A stretch of 64,000 nt of DNA from Ruminiclostridium sp. (GTDB lineage: Bacteria > Bacillota > Clostridia > Oscillospirales > Ruminococcaceae): NCBI GenBank assembly GCA_017941355.1, contig JAGAWN010000045.1, forward strand, positions 19,711 to 83,710, written 5' to 3'. Each line of letters starts with the position of its first letter. Position 1 is the first letter of the stretch. Shown here piece after piece: positions 27,614 to 36,421 of this stretch. Made by a program: the position numbers and the translations under genes. The notes beneath the pieces were generated by a model. That model did no database searches, was not told the origin of the DNA, and saw only the letters and a program-made list of their open reading frames with translations.

Positions 27614-28289
27614 TATAGCCACGCTGTTCCCGGAGATGTGCGAAGCGTTCCTGTCCGAGAGTATCATCGGGCGGGCGAGGAAAGCGGGTGCTGTGGAGAT
27701 CTCCTGCCGGAATATCCGCACATACACTCTCGATAAGCACCGCCGGGTAGATGACAAGCCTTTCGGCGGCGGGACGGGAATGGTCATGCAGGCACAGCCG
27801 ATATATGACTGCTGTATGTCTATCATCTCCGAACTCGGTGAAAACGCAAAGCCCCACATGATATATATGTCCCCGCAGGGCAGGACTCTTACACAGTCTG
27901 TGGTCAAAGAACTTGCGGCGGAAGATGATCTTATAATCCTCTGCGGGCATTATGAGGGAGTTGACCGGCGAGTGCTTGATGAGCTGAACTTCGAGGAGAT
28001 CTCGGTGGGAGACTATGTTGTGACCGGCGGTGAACTGCCGGCGCTTATGCTTGCAGACGCGGTTTGCAGGCTCCAGCCCGGTGTCCTGCCCAATGAGGAC
28101 GCTTACTCAAACGAGAGTCACTACAACGGACTGCTGGAATATCCGCAGTACACGCGCCCGGAGGAGTGGCGGGGCAGGCGGGTGCCGGAAGTCCTGCTCT
28201 CCGGTCATCACGCAAACATAAAGAAGTGGCAGGAAGAAATGTCACTCGAAGTTACCCGCGAAAAGCGCCCCGATTTGCTGAAGAAGTAA
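27600..28289 (+). CDS. trmD: tRNA (guanine37-N1)-methyltransferase TrmD
   Basis: Start reassigned to MIRINIATLFPEM (ATG 27600, 14-nt overlap with rimM). PFGGGTGMVM motif. Confidence 0.93.
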   Translation: MIRINIATLFPEMCEAFLSESIIGRARKAGAVEISCRNIRTYTLDKHRRVDDKPFGGGTGMVMQAQPIYDCCMSIISELGENAKPHMIYMSPQGRTLTQSVVKELAAEDDLIILCGHYEGVDRRVLDELNFEEISVGDYVVTGGELPALMLADAVCRLQPGVLPNEDAYSNESHYNGLLEYPQYTRPEEWRGRRVPEVLLSGHHANIKKWQEEMSLEVTREKRPDLLKK

Positions 28290-28321
28290 TGACGTGCAGA
28301 AATACTGTAAATTATAAGAGA

Positions 28322-28400
28322 GTAACAGCTGCGAGGCAGATTGGCTTAATAAAGCAGAACGGTAACATACGGAAACGCGGGCGCCGTGCGCCCCTGTTGA
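28322..28400. repeat. Degenerate solo copy related to the 103-bp repeat (family 2)
   Basis: ACAGCTGCGAGGCAGAT...AAAGCAGAACGGTAAC...CGGGCGCCGTGCGCCC resembles the unit GACGGCTGCGAGGCAGTGAT...AAAGCAGCAGACGGAAC...CGGGCGCACGCCC. Confidence 0.5.
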
Positions 28401-28534
28401 AAGCTCTTGTTTATCTTGAATATCTGGTTGAAAACTTTTTATACAAAATCAACAACAACGGTTAAAAAAGTCGAGTTTGATTAAGCGTAATCGGAGAATA
28501 ATTCAAAAAAAAGCATAAAAAGCAAAAAAATCTG

Positions 28535-28563
28535 TTGACGAAAGGGCTTTTTGCGGCTATACT
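28535..28563 (+). promoter_or_regulatory. Sigma-A-like promoter of ptsH
   Basis: TTGACG (28535-28540), 17-nt spacer, TATACT (28558-28563). Confidence 0.5.
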
Positions 28564-28638
28564 TATGTTGTAACGGCGGAAATGAATACTGCCAACAGGA
28601 GACAATATAAAAGTCAAAAGACGGAGGGATCTTTCATT

Positions 28639-28902
28639 ATGTTTGTAAGAGAAGTTGAAGTTAAAAATCAGGTCGGTCTGCACGCAAGACCCGCTACATT
28701 CTTCATTCAGAAGGCTAACGAATACAAGTCATCTATCTGGGTAGAAAAGGAAGAGCGCAGAGTAAACGCTAAGAGCCTGCTCGGTATCCTTTCTCTCGGT
28801 ATCGTAGGCGGTACTCCTATCAGAATAATCGCTGACGGTTCCGATGAACAGCTCGCTGTTGACGGACTCACAAAGCTCATCGAAAGCGGTTTCGAGGAAT
28901 AA
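28639..28902 (+). CDS. ptsH: Phosphocarrier protein HPr
   Basis: Start reassigned to MFVREVEV (GGAGGG RBS). His15 motif GLHARPA and Ser46 motif NAKSLLGIL. Confidence 0.93.
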   Translation: MFVREVEVKNQVGLHARPATFFIQKANEYKSSIWVEKEERRVNAKSLLGILSLGIVGGTPIRIIADGSDEQLAVDGLTKLIESGFEE

Positions 28903-28919
28903 TTGACAAAGACATAAAT

Positions 28920-28951
28920 AAGCCGCACTTCCGGGTGCGGCTTAAATTTTT
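28920..28951 (+). terminator. Rho-independent terminator after ptsH
   Basis: AAGCCGCAC ttccgg GTGCGGCTT followed by AAATTTTT. Confidence 0.7.
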
Positions 28952-28960
28952 GGAGAAGTT

Positions 28961-29710
28961 ATGAAAAAGAGACTGTCCCTTATATATATTATAATGGTAT
29001 GCTGCATTGCTGCTTTAGCGGGGTGCAGTTTCGGCGGGAACTATGAGGGCAAAGACCTTGTGGATAAGGCGAAACGGCTGCACACAGAGCTTGAAGCCGC
29101 GCATATACAGGTCGAGGACGTCACGGGCGGACATAATCCCGACAGAAAGATCGTTCAGGAGATATGGTACCGCTTTCAGGGCGACGTTATGCAGTATATG
29201 TACATCGGGCGGGACTTTGAAACAGGCGAAGAATACTACGAATTCAACAACGGCACCGAACTTGACACATGGCACACGGGCGACGCGGAGTGGTCATTCG
29301 TCGCAAAAGGCAGCGAGGACTATTACAGCTACTCCCGCGCAAAGCGTCACTACTTCGCGGACGGGGCGCTGCTGCTCAATGATTATCCGTCAGCGGTCAG
29401 AAGCGCTAAGATCATAAACGAGGTCGGCGGTATCAAGAGAGTGCTGATACAGTACGATGACGCTAAGATATCGCAGTATGAGCAGATGTCGGGCGTTACG
29501 GATTATAGTCAGGAATATTGGACGGACAATATTTTCGAGGGCAATCGTATAATAGATAATGGGCAATGCGGCTCTCTGCTTGTAAGCTACAGCAAGGACG
29601 GCAGGCAGTATTCGTACCGTATCAGCATAGAAACCCCTGACCCCGCCGTGCCCATAGAACGTGTTGAACCTCCGGCGCTTTCCGGGGAAATAACGGAGAA
29701 TGAACAATGA
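28961..29710 (+). CDS. Lipoprotein of unknown function
   Basis: 249 aa. Signal peptide with lipobox LAGC (MKKRLSLIYIIMVCCIAALAGCS). No family recognised. Confidence 0.7.
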   Translation: MKKRLSLIYIIMVCCIAALAGCSFGGNYEGKDLVDKAKRLHTELEAAHIQVEDVTGGHNPDRKIVQEIWYRFQGDVMQYMYIGRDFETGEEYYEFNNGTELDTWHTGDAEWSFVAKGSEDYYSYSRAKRHYFADGALLLNDYPSAVRSAKIINEVGGIKRVLIQYDDAKISQYEQMSGVTDYSQEYWTDNIFEGNRIIDNGQCGSLLVSYSKDGRQYSYRISIETPDPAVPIERVEPPALSGEITENEQ

Positions 29711-30345
29711 CAAAACGACAAAACATCGCTCTTATCCTCAACATAGCCGCGTTCGTTCTCGGCAGTATCGGTATTATCGTGCGTATCGCGCGGAATATCC
29801 CGGATTTCTTCCTGTACTACACCCAGCTTTCAAACGTCGTCGCGGTCATTTCCTCGGCAATGTTCATAGCTTTCCGGAACACGGAGAACGCGAAACTCCG
29901 CAGACTTGTCATCGCGGTGCGCTATCTCTCGGCGTGCGGACTAACGATGACGTTTATCGTGGTAATGTGCATTTTTATCCCGTTCGGGGACACGCCGGTG
30001 ATGATAGAGCGTATGCTGCTGCACGTAAACGGCTTCATGCACCACCTTGTCTGCCCGGTGATATCCGCGGTATCGTACATATTCTTCGAGGACGGCGTAA
30101 AAACGAAACGCGCTGTGCTGATACCGTTTATTGCCACGGCAATATATGCGTTCACGGTCTATACGCTCAACTTCCTGCGGCTTGCTCCCGCGCCGTACCC
30201 GTTCTTTGCGGTCTATGACTACCCGGTTCCGGAGCTTGTGATGTGGTTTTTCGGATTAATGGCACTTGTGGCGGGAATTGCTTTCGCGGTGCGGGCGGCA
30301 AATCTCGCTGCTGCGAAACGGAGGTACAAAAATGAAATGTCCTAA
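29707..30345 (+). CDS. Polytopic membrane protein of unknown function (5-6 predicted TM)
   Basis: 212 aa. ATGA start/stop overlap with the lipoprotein gene. Multiple hydrophobic helices and a YYTQLSN motif. No family is assigned with confidence. Confidence 0.65.
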   Translation: MTKRQNIALILNIAAFVLGSIGIIVRIARNIPDFFLYYTQLSNVVAVISSAMFIAFRNTENAKLRRLVIAVRYLSACGLTMTFIVVMCIFIPFGDTPVMIERMLLHVNGFMHHLVCPVISAVSYIFFEDGVKTKRAVLIPFIATAIYAFTVYTLNFLRLAPAPYPFFAVYDYPVPELVMWFFGLMALVAGIAFAVRAANLAAAKRRYKNEMS

Positions 30346-30541
30346 ATGCGGCAGTGAAAACTGCTATATCATCAATGAAGTGTCCGAGAGCGGACGCGAC
30401 TATTACGGCGGGCGGGGCTGCCTCGGATATCTGATCTTCGGGCCTGCAGGCTTGCTTTGCGGACTCTGCGGCAAGGGCAGGGAAACGAAGAACACGAACT
30501 ACTGGATATGCAACAACTGCGGGAAGAAGTGGAAAGCATGA
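30332..30541 (+). CDS. Small zinc-ribbon membrane protein with LITAF-like architecture
   Basis: Start reassigned to MKCPKCGS (GGAGG RBS), 69 aa. The layout is CPKC, then the hydrophobic stretch CLGYLIFGPAGLLCGLCG, then CNNC. Confidence 0.6.
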   Translation: MKCPKCGSENCYIINEVSESGRDYYGGRGCLGYLIFGPAGLLCGLCGKGRETKNTNYWICNNCGKKWKA

Positions 30542-30897
30542 CCCGTGACGAACTCTGGTTCCGGGCAATGGCGCTCGGTGCGGCGGCAGGCTGTCACCAG
30601 CGCCCCGACAGGAGCTTTTTCTTCGGGGAGTATCAGTTCCCGGTGTGTGCGCGATGTACGGGAGTATTTCTCGGGCAATCTGCGGCAGCGGCGGCTCTGC
30701 TGTGCGGAAAGCGCGTTCCGGCATGGGCGGCGGCTGCGCTGCTGCTGACAATGGGAGCGGACTGGTTCGTGCAGTACACGGGTCTGCGGGAATCGACAAA
30801 CCCGCGGCGGCTCGTGACCGGCATACTCGGCGGCGCGGGTATCGTGTTTCTGTGGTTTTGTGCAATACGAGCAATAAGCAAGGCTGTAAGCAGGTGA
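30538..30897 (+). CDS. DUF2085-family membrane protein
   Basis: Start reassigned to MTRDELW (ATGA overlap with the previous gene). Hallmark CHQRPDRSFF...FPVCARCTG followed by TM helices. Confidence 0.75.
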   Translation: MTRDELWFRAMALGAAAGCHQRPDRSFFFGEYQFPVCARCTGVFLGQSAAAAALLCGKRVPAWAAAALLLTMGADWFVQYTGLRESTNPRRLVTGILGGAGIVFLWFCAIRAISKAVSR

Positions 30898-30899
30898 TG

Positions 30900-31121
30900 T
30901 CACTTGTTTACAGCTTTGTTGTTTGTTCTGCCGAGAATGTAGTCCGTCGAGACATCGTAAAAATCTGCGAGCTTCACGAGGTGTTCGGTGGGAAGAGTCT
31001 GAAAGCCGCGCTCATAGCGGGAATAGACAGTCTGCTTTATACCGAGCATTTCGGCTATCCGGGTCTGGTTCATGTCCATATCTTCTCGGAGATCACGAAG
31101 CCGTGGAAAATACATATACAT
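30900..31121 (-). CDS. XRE-family helix-turn-helix transcriptional regulator
   Basis: Start reassigned to MYMYFPRLRDLRED, 73 aa. HTH sequence MNQTRIAEMLGIKQTVYSRYERG. Confidence 0.8.
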   Translation of the reverse strand: MYMYFPRLRDLREDMDMNQTRIAEMLGIKQTVYSRYERGFQTLPTEHLVKLADFYDVSTDYILGRTNNKAVNK

Positions 31122-31183
31122 CTGAATTCCCTTCTTTTGAATTGTATTATTGAAAAAAAGTAAGTCAGAACTTATTTGTACTA

Positions 31184-31212
31184 TTGACTTTATCATATAA
31201 ATGTAGTATAAT
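31184..31212 (+). promoter_or_regulatory. Sigma-A-like promoter of the Big_2 protein gene
   Basis: TTGACT (31184-31189), 17-nt spacer, TATAAT (31207-31212). Confidence 0.55.
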
Positions 31213-31263
31213 ACATAATATAGTACTTATAAGTACTAAAATTAGATTTTGGAGGATTCAAAC

Positions 31264-32130
31264 ATGGGCAAATTCAAGAAGATCGCAAGTTTAATGCTTG
31301 CAATGGTAATGGCGGTCACAGCATTGTGCGCACTGTCTGTGAACGCGGGAGCGGCGAGTGTGTTCAGCGGCGCGAAGAAGATGAAGGAGCTTGAAACCTA
31401 CACTTGGCATGCAACCAAAGGAAATCAGAATTATTATAAAATAGAGGTTCCCCGTGCAGGTACTATTAAGTTCGGTTATGCATCGCGTACTTACGAGGCT
31501 TTCAGAGTATATGACTCTAAGATGAATGAGATAGGTTCAAATACTTATCATTACCCTTGGGACGGTGCAACTGTACAGGTATCCAAAAAGGGTACATATT
31601 ATCTTATGCTGAAATCGGACAGCAGTGACGAAGATACGGTAAAAGGCTTCTACTATGTCTTTACACCTTCCGAAGAAGAAACAATAATGCTTACTGAAAC
31701 TCTTAATGTCGGCGATAAGATCAACCTTTCCGCAGCAATAGCAAACTACGACGGCAAGGCAAAGTGGACGACCTCCAACAAGAAGGTAGCTACTATCGAG
31801 AACGGAGTTCTCAAGGCTGTCGGCGAGGGCAAGGCTACGATCACAGCTTCTATCGACTACGAAACTGTTCTCGACGAGATAAAGATAGTTGTAAAGAAGA
31901 CGAAGGTTCCGGCAGTAACTATCACAATGGGCGCAAAGGTCGGCAGCACTCTTGATCTCAGTGCGGCTGTTTCCAATTCGAGCAGCAAGGTGACATGGGG
32001 AACCACCGACCAGAAGGTTGCGACAGTCACCGACGGTAAGGTGAAATTCGTCGGCGCTGGTTCTGTTATCATTCAGGCGGCGCTTTCCGACGGAACTTAC
32101 ACAAGAATAAAGTTCAACGTAACAAAGTAA
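31264..32130 (+). CDS. Secreted protein with two bacterial Ig-like (Big_2-type) domains
   Basis: Start at MGKFKK (GGAGGA RBS) with a signal peptide ending NAGAAS. VATIENGVLKAVGEGKATITAS and VATVTDGKVKFVGAGSVIIQAA are typical Big_2 strands. Confidence 0.75.
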   Translation: MGKFKKIASLMLAMVMAVTALCALSVNAGAASVFSGAKKMKELETYTWHATKGNQNYYKIEVPRAGTIKFGYASRTYEAFRVYDSKMNEIGSNTYHYPWDGATVQVSKKGTYYLMLKSDSSDEDTVKGFYYVFTPSEEETIMLTETLNVGDKINLSAAIANYDGKAKWTTSNKKVATIENGVLKAVGEGKATITASIDYETVLDEIKIVVKKTKVPAVTITMGAKVGSTLDLSAAVSNSSSKVTWGTTDQKVATVTDGKVKFVGAGSVIIQAALSDGTYTRIKFNVTK

Positions 32131-32132
32131 AT

Positions 32133-32172
32133 ACAAGCACCCGCCGCCTGTAAGCGACGGGTGCTTGTTATT
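32133..32172 (+). terminator. Hairpin terminator after the Big_2 gene
   Basis: ACAAGCACCCG, 14-nt loop, CGGGTGCTTGT. The T-tract is weak. Confidence 0.55.
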
Positions 32173-32232
32173 ATGCACAAAAAAGTGCGGATAAAATGCT
32201 GAAATTTCTATATCACAAATTTCAAAAAAATC

Positions 32233-32261
32233 TTGCTATTTGTGTAAAAATAATGTATAAT
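32233..32261 (+). promoter_or_regulatory. Sigma-A-like promoter of the S10 operon
   Basis: TTGCTA (32233-32238), 17-nt spacer, TATAAT (32256-32261). Confidence 0.6.
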
Positions 32262-32529
32262 ACTTGTTGCACGCTGTAAATGCGTTGAAACCGGAGGTTG
32301 CACCGAAAGGTGGGAATTCCGGCGGAGTATGCGGGGTCACGAACCCCACGAACGTGCGATGCGTACACTTTCCGATTCGCGGAAGGACTCGTCAGAGGCG
32401 GGCACCCCCGATTGTGCAATGAGTTCGCCGAAGTATCGGCGGCCACGGAACACGCGGTATAGTGTCAACGTAAAATCGCACCGCCCGCGCACATTGCAAG
32501 TGCAAATATTACGAAAGGGGTAAACTACA
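32262..32529 (+). promoter_or_regulatory. Long (~265 nt) GC-rich 5' leader of the S10 operon
   Basis: No ORF. Several short hairpins, for example GCACC-GAAA-GGTG and GGGGT-cacgaa-CCCC. The position corresponds to the L4-regulated S10 leader known in other bacteria. Confidence 0.5.
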
Positions 32530-32841
32530 GTGGCAGCAAAGGAAATTGTAAGAGTTAAGATCAAGGGCTATGAGCACGGTATCGTTGACCAGGCAGCCGC
32601 TAAGATCGTCGAGACAGCAAAGAGAAACGGTTCAAGAGTTGCAGGACCTATCCCGCTTCCCACAAACAAGGAAGTCATCACGATCTTACGCGCGGTTCAC
32701 AAGTACAAGGACAGCCGTGAGCAGTTCGAACTCAGAACTCACAAGCGTCTTATCGACGTTATCCGTCCGACAAACAAGACAATAGAAGCTCTCCAGAGTC
32801 TTGAATTGCCGGCAGGCGTAGAAATTTCCATGGAATTCTGA
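32530..32841 (+). CDS. rpsJ: 30S ribosomal protein S10
   Basis: 103 aa, GTG start. [27 protein letters not shown]. First gene of the S10 cluster. Confidence 0.97.
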   Translation: MAAKEIVRVKIKGYEHGIVDQAAAKIVETAKRNGSRVAGPIPLPTNKEVITILRAVHKYKDSREQFELRTHKRLIDVIRPTNKTIEALQSLELPAGVEISMEF

Positions 32842-32994
32842 GTGTAAGGAATTCCCCACCGCGCAATGGAAACATTGCCGAAGAAAACAGAAGTTTCGAG
32901 TTATGTCGGGGTTCCCCGACCGCTAACCAAGGCAGACACGCTGCACTTGGTCATGTTGAGAATATCTCAACCAATAACCAAAGGAGGAAAAACC

Positions 32995-33627
32995 ATGAAA
33001 AAAGGTTTGATCGCAAAGAAGATCGGTATGACTCAGATCTTCGATGAAGCGGGAAACGTTGTTCCCGTAACGGTCGTTGAAGCAGGTCCGTGCGTAGTCG
33101 TTCAGAAGAAAACTACCGACAACGACGGATATGAGGCGGTTCAGCTCGGCTTCGGCGACGTATCGCCCAAGCACACAAACAAGCCCATGCAGGGTCACTT
33201 CAAGAAGAACGATGTTCCGTTCAAGAAAACTCTTAAAGAGTTCAGACTTGACGACATCTCCGGAATGAATGTAGGCGACGTTCTGAAAGCCGATACTTTC
33301 GCGGTAGGCGATGTTATCGACGTTCAGGGTACAAGCAAGGGTAAAGGCTATCAGGGTGCTGTTAAGCGCCACAATCAGCACAGACTCAAGATGACACACG
33401 GTGCTGGCCCTGTTCACAGAGAGCCGGGTTCAATGGGCGCCTGCTCGTCTCCGTCCAGAATTTTCCCGGGAAAAGGTATGCCGGGTCACATGGGCGTTGA
33501 CACTGTAACAGTCCAGAACCTCGTAGTTGTTAAAGTTGATGCTGAGAACAATCTTATCGCAATCAAGGGTGCTGTTCCCGGTCCCAAGGGCGGAGTACTT
33601 TGCATTACCGATGCGGTTAAGGCGTAA
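32995..33627 (+). CDS. rplC: 50S ribosomal protein L3
   Basis: Start reassigned to [21 protein letters not shown] (AGGAGG RBS). Confidence 0.97.
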   Translation: MKKGLIAKKIGMTQIFDEAGNVVPVTVVEAGPCVVVQKKTTDNDGYEAVQLGFGDVSPKHTNKPMQGHFKKNDVPFKKTLKEFRLDDISGMNVGDVLKADTFAVGDVIDVQGTSKGKGYQGAVKRHNQHRLKMTHGAGPVHREPGSMGACSSPSRIFPGKGMPGHMGVDTVTVQNLVVVKVDAENNLIAIKGAVPGPKGGVLCITDAVKA

Positions 33628-33642
33628 GGAGGAGGAATAACA

Positions 33643-34266
33643 ATGGCAAACGTAAAAGTATATGATATGAACGGTCAGCCTGTTTCCGACCTCGAACTTA
33701 ATGATGCGGTATTCGGCATCGAACCGAACGCGGTAGTTATGCACGCGGCTGTAGTTAATTACCTCGCAAATCAGCGTCAGGGTACTCAGTCCACCCTTAC
33801 AAGAACAGAGGTAAGCGGCGGCGGCAAAAAGCCCTGGAGACAGAAGGGTACCGGTCACGCAAGACAGGGTTCCACCAGATCTCCTCAGTGGAGACACGGC
33901 GGCGTTGCTCTCGGTCCGAAGCCCAGAAGCTACAGATACTCATTAAATAAAAAGGTCAAGAGACTTGCTCTCCTTTCCGCTCTTTCGTCAAAGGTAGCAG
34001 AAAACGAAATGATCGTGGTTGACGCTATAAAGACGGACGAGTTCAAGACAAAGACTATAGTTAATATGCTGAAGGCTCTCAACGTTGAGAAAAAGGCTCT
34101 CATAGTTCTCGATACCACTGACCAGAAGGTCATCAAGAGCGCTGCCAACATTCCCGGCGTAAAGACAGCTCAGTACAACACGCTCAACGTTTACGACATT
34201 CTTAACTACGACAAGTTCGTTGTTGTGAAAGATGCCGTTGCAAAGATCGAGGAGGTGTACGCTTAA
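33643..34266 (+). CDS. rplD: 50S ribosomal protein L4
   Basis: 207 aa. [19 protein letters not shown] motif. Confidence 0.97.
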   Translation: MANVKVYDMNGQPVSDLELNDAVFGIEPNAVVMHAAVVNYLANQRQGTQSTLTRTEVSGGGKKPWRQKGTGHARQGSTRSPQWRHGGVALGPKPRSYRYSLNKKVKRLALLSALSSKVAENEMIVVDAIKTDEFKTKTIVNMLKALNVEKKALIVLDTTDQKVIKSAANIPGVKTAQYNTLNVYDILNYDKFVVVKDAVAKIEEVYA

Positions 34267-34562
34267 TGGAAAGAACAGCTCAGGACATTATCGTACGTCC
34301 GATAATCACAGAAAACTCCATGGAAGGTATTGCAGACCGCAAGTACACTTTCAAAGTCGCTAAGTTTGCAAACAAGATCGAAATAAAGAAGGCTGTTGAG
34401 AAGCTCTTCGGCGTTAAGGTCGAGAAAGTGAACACAATAAGCGTTAAGGGCAAGAAGAAGAGAATGGGCAGAAGCGAGGGCTATACCTCCGACTGGAAGA
34501 AGGCTATAGTTACCCTTACAGCCGATTCCAAGACCATCGAATTCTTCGACGGAATGATATAA
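34266..34562 (+). CDS. rplW: 50S ribosomal protein L23
   Basis: 98 aa. [13 protein letters not shown], plus synteny. Confidence 0.96.
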   Translation: MERTAQDIIVRPIITENSMEGIADRKYTFKVAKFANKIEIKKAVEKLFGVKVEKVNTISVKGKKKRMGRSEGYTSDWKKAIVTLTADSKTIEFFDGMI

Positions 34563-34574
34563 GGAGTGATATAA

Positions 34575-35408
34575 ATGGCTATCAAGACATATAAGCCCGT
34601 CACCCCCGGCAGACGAGGAATGACGGTCATCGACTACAGCGGTCTTTCCAAGGTCGCTCCCGAGAGAAGTCTTCTCGAAACTCTCAAAAAGCATTCCGGA
34701 CGCAACAGCTACGGACGCATCACCGTCAGACATAAGGGCGGCGGAAACAGAAGAAAGTACAGAGTTATAGACTTCAAGAGAAACAAGATCGGTATGTTTG
34801 CGGAAGTCAAGACGATCGAATACGATCCGAACCGCTCCGCGTTCATCGCTCTCGTTGAGTACGAGGACGGCGAGAAGAGATATATCCTCGCTCCCGATAA
34901 GCTCAGCGTAGGAGACAAGGTAAGAAGCGGCGCTGACTGCGATATCAAGCCCGGCAATGCTCTTCCGCTCGCAAATATCCCCGTAGGTACCGTTATCCAC
35001 AACGTAGAGCTTCACCCCGGCAAGGGCGCTCAGCTTGTCCGCTCCGCAGGCAACATGGCTCAGCTTATGGCTAAGGAGAACGGAATGGCTCTTCTCAGAC
35101 TCCCCAGCGGAGAACTCAGAAACGTTGCCGAGAACTGCATGGCTACAATCGGTGTAGTAAGCAACGCCGATCACGCTAACGTAAACTACGGTAAGGCAGG
35201 ACGCATCAGACACATGGGCGTTCGTCCGACAGTCCGCGGTTCCGTCATGAACCCGAACGACCACCCGCACGGCGGTGGTGAAGGTAAGTCTCCTGTAGGT
35301 CGTCCCGGCCCTGTAACTCCGTGGGGCAAGCCCGCTCTCGGTTACAAGACCAGAAAGACCAACAACAGAACAGACAAGTTCATCGTTAAGAGAAGAAACG
35401 CTAAGTAA
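34575..35408 (+). CDS. rplB: 50S ribosomal protein L2
   Basis: 277 aa. [13 protein letters not shown] motif. Confidence 0.98.
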   Translation: MAIKTYKPVTPGRRGMTVIDYSGLSKVAPERSLLETLKKHSGRNSYGRITVRHKGGGNRRKYRVIDFKRNKIGMFAEVKTIEYDPNRSAFIALVEYEDGEKRYILAPDKLSVGDKVRSGADCDIKPGNALPLANIPVGTVIHNVELHPGKGAQLVRSAGNMAQLMAKENGMALLRLPSGELRNVAENCMATIGVVSNADHANVNYGKAGRIRHMGVRPTVRGSVMNPNDHPHGGGEGKSPVGRPGPVTPWGKPALGYKTRKTNNRTDKFIVKRRNAK

Positions 35409-35420
35409 TTTGATCGCTGG

Positions 35421-35702
35421 GCTGACGGCTGCGAGGCAGTGATGAGCGAAGCTGCTGAAAAGCAGCAGACGGAACGCCTCGGGCGCACGCCCGCAAGAAG
35501 AAACAGCAAGTCGATTCAACAGGGCTGACGGCTGCGAGGCAGTGATGAGCGAAGCTGATGAAAAGCAGCAGACGGAACGCCTCGGGCGCACGCCCGCAAG
35601 AAGAAACAGCAAGTCAATTCAACAGGGCTGACGGCTGCGAGGCAGAGATGAACGAAGCTGCTGAAAAGCAGCAGACGGAACGCCTCGGGCGCACGCCCGC
35701 AA
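35421..35702. repeat. Tandem repeat, 103-bp unit x 2.7 copies (family 2) in the rplB-rpsS spacer
   Basis: Units start at 35421, 35524 and 35627 (GCTGACGGCTGCGAGGCAG...). Copies differ by 2-4 substitutions, and the third is truncated after ~76 nt. Confidence 0.95.
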
Positions 35703-35784
35703 GCTGCTGTTAATAAGAGAGCGTGCCGAAAGGGTAAAACGTATCTCATTAACTTGCAGCATAGCTTGAAAGGAAATTAAATCT

Positions 35785-36060
35785 ATGAGCAGAAGCATAA
35801 AGAAAGGCCCTTATGTCCAGGAAGCTCTCTATAAGCGCGTTCTCGCAATGAACGAAGCTAACGAGAAGAAGGTCCTCAAGACATGGAGCCGCTCCAGCAC
35901 AATATTCCCGGATTTCGTAGGTCATACGATCGCTGTCCATGACGGACGCAAGCACGTTCCGGTATATGTGACCGAAGATATGGTAGGTCACAAGCTCGGC
36001 GAGTTTGCACCCACAAGAACATTCAAGGGTCATGTGGGAAGCAAGACCACCAAGAAGTAA
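35785..36060 (+). CDS. rpsS: 30S ribosomal protein S19
   Basis: 91 aa. [11 protein letters not shown]. Confidence 0.98.
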   Translation: MSRSIKKGPYVQEALYKRVLAMNEANEKKVLKTWSRSSTIFPDFVGHTIAVHDGRKHVPVYVTEDMVGHKLGEFAPTRTFKGHVGSKTTKK

Positions 36061-36073
36061 GGAGGAGAAACGA

Positions 36074-36409
36074 ATGGAAGCAAGAGCTGAATTAAGACAG
36101 GTTCGTATTTCTCCCCGTAAGGTAGGAATCGTACTCGATCTTATCAGAAACAAGCCCTGCGAGGTGGCTATGGCTACACTCAAGAATACTCCGAAGGCTG
36201 CCTGTGAGCCGCTCGCAAAGCTTTTAAAGTCCGCTATGGCTAACGCGGAGAATAACCACAATATGGATCTCAGCCGCTGCTATGTGTCCGAAGCACACGT
36301 CGGCGCAGGCGTTACTCTCAAGAGAATACGTCCCGCAGCAAAGGGCAGCGCGCACAGAATTCTTAAGAGAACTTCAAACATAGTTCTCGTCGTTAAGGAA
36401 TCGGAGTAA
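36074..36409 (+). CDS. rplV: 50S ribosomal protein L22
   Basis: Start reassigned to [17 protein letters not shown] (AGGAGG RBS). Confidence 0.97.
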   Translation: MEARAELRQVRISPRKVGIVLDLIRNKPCEVAMATLKNTPKAACEPLAKLLKSAMANAENNHNMDLSRCYVSEAHVGAGVTLKRIRPAAKGSAHRILKRTSNIVLVVKESE

Positions 36410-36421
36410 GGAGGTAAACAA

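Noticed and set aside
30167-30903. 235-aa, 134-aa and 82-aa minus-strand ORFs and the 172-aa plus-strand ORF at 30645
   Set aside because: They overlap the DUF2085 gene and the small zinc-ribbon gene in a very GC-rich stretch. Their composition is Pro/Arg/Ala-rich, they have no RBS, and the plus-strand coupled genes explain the region.
35436-35480. Hammerhead-ribozyme-like string (GTGATGAGCGAAGC...hairpin...GGAAC) in each 103-bp unit
   Set aside because: The core does not fit. The invariant CUGAUGA is GUGAUGA (and AGAUGAA in copy 3), and GAAAC is GGAAC. The deviations hit essential nucleotides and are not conserved among copies.
34263-35612. 449-aa minus-strand ORF spanning rplW, rplB and the tandem repeats
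   Set aside because: It is antisense to two highly conserved ribosomal protein genes. Its C-terminal part merely repeats the translation of the 103-bp units.
35421-35702. Possible CRISPR array (regular 103-bp periodicity)
   Set aside because: The whole unit is repeated with no unique spacers between short repeats. There are no cas genes, and the period is wrong for CRISPR.
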